Positions 63,540 through 64,000 of a stretch of DNA of 64,000 bases are shown one piece after another. The notes below the pieces were generated by a model. It saw nothing but the letters and a program-made list of their open reading frames with translations. It was not told where the DNA came from and made no database searches. The translations under genes and the position numbers were made by a program. Source of the DNA: Tubulanus polymorphus (Eukaryota; Animalia; Nemertea); contig NC_134034.1 of assembly GCF_964204645.1 (NCBI RefSeq), positions 4,624,914 through 4,688,913 on the forward strand, in the 5' to 3' direction. Position 1 is the first letter of the stretch; every line of letters begins with the position of its first letter.

Positions 63540-63897
63540 CCTAACCCAGCAACGCTATCCTGTGGAAGTGAACCTGGTAAATTGTATGGCTAATGTAAAG
63601 TTCATAAAGAAAGCTTCCCTTTCAGACCTGTAGTTTCGATGATCGGCACTGCTGAATACAATCTGGCTAAGTATCTGGACAAAATTATCAAACCACAAAT
63701 TTCTACCAAATTTATGCTTAACAGTACCTGGGAATTTCTGGAAAGCTAAAGGTTTTCATTTTTCACCCTTCTGATATACTCATTAATTTTGGTGTCGAAT
63801 CTCTGTTTACAAACGTACCGCTCAAAGAAACTATAGACCTGATTTCAGATTATATCTACAAATCAGATTCCAAAACCTCGTACGATAAGGCTACGTT
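63540..63897 (+). mobile_element. Penelope-like RT fragment, cut by Polinton copy D
   Basis: GSEPGKLYG*CKVHKESFPFRPVVSMIGTAEYNLAKYLDKII...VESLFTNVPLKETI. Not in the ORF track. Confidence 0.75.
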
Positions 63898-64000
63898 GGT
63901 AATAGGGGTTTAGTTGTTTCATACCAAAGGTCGAACGGTCGAGTGAGTAAAAAATAAAAAATAAATTCTCGCACACTCGAATTTATGTTTTATTTTTTAC
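63898..64000 (+). mobile_element. Polinton copy D left terminus with terminal palindrome, continuing beyond the window
   Basis: GTAATAGGGGTTTAGTTGTTTCATACCAAAGGTCGAACGGTCGAG, then GTAAAAAATAAAAAATAAATTC-TCGCACACTC-GAATTTATGTTTTATTTTTTAC (hairpin centre like copy C). Confidence 0.85.

Noticed and set aside
63898-64000. Right-hand TIR of copy B
   Set aside because: It matches the outer left arm, has the same loop orientation as the left end of copy C, and directly follows a Penelope RT rather than Polinton sequence. It is a separate insertion.
1-64000. Prokaryotic or free viral contig
   Set aside because: Spliceosomal introns, GPCRs, a TLR-like gene and animal transposons with TSDs indicate an animal chromosome with endogenous elements.

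Overview
AT-rich animal genomic DNA, probably from a marine invertebrate (inferred from gene and repeat types). It is dominated by nested and decayed mobile elements, among which lie a few host genes: three intronless rhodopsin-class GPCRs, a Toll-like/LRR receptor pseudogene, a HECT exon, and a hidden three-exon gene for a secreted six-cysteine peptide with the sea-anemone defensin/toxin cysteine pattern. Four insertions of one Polinton/Maverick (adintovirus-like) family share a conserved terminus. Copy A is at 1-5005 (minus strand), copy C at 46941-48048 (internally deleted), copy B at 51317-~59560 (pPolB, penton, small ORFs, major capsid fragment), and copy D runs from 63898 to the window end. 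The main finding is that the protein-primed DNA polymerase B of copy A is split in its catalytic motif C (YFD|TDS) by a ~355-codon intein carrying a two-motif LAGLIDADG homing endonuclease (66-1131). Copy B carries the empty, intein-free site (55300/55301), so both alleles of a potential homing system sit in one animal genome. Copies B, C and D begin with long terminal fold-back palindromes. Also present: MULE, Kolobok, ISL2EU, BEL/Pao, Penelope-like and Crypton-like elements, MITEs, and a penton remnant from a second Maverick lineage. All calls are by-eye motif recognition; no database searches were run.
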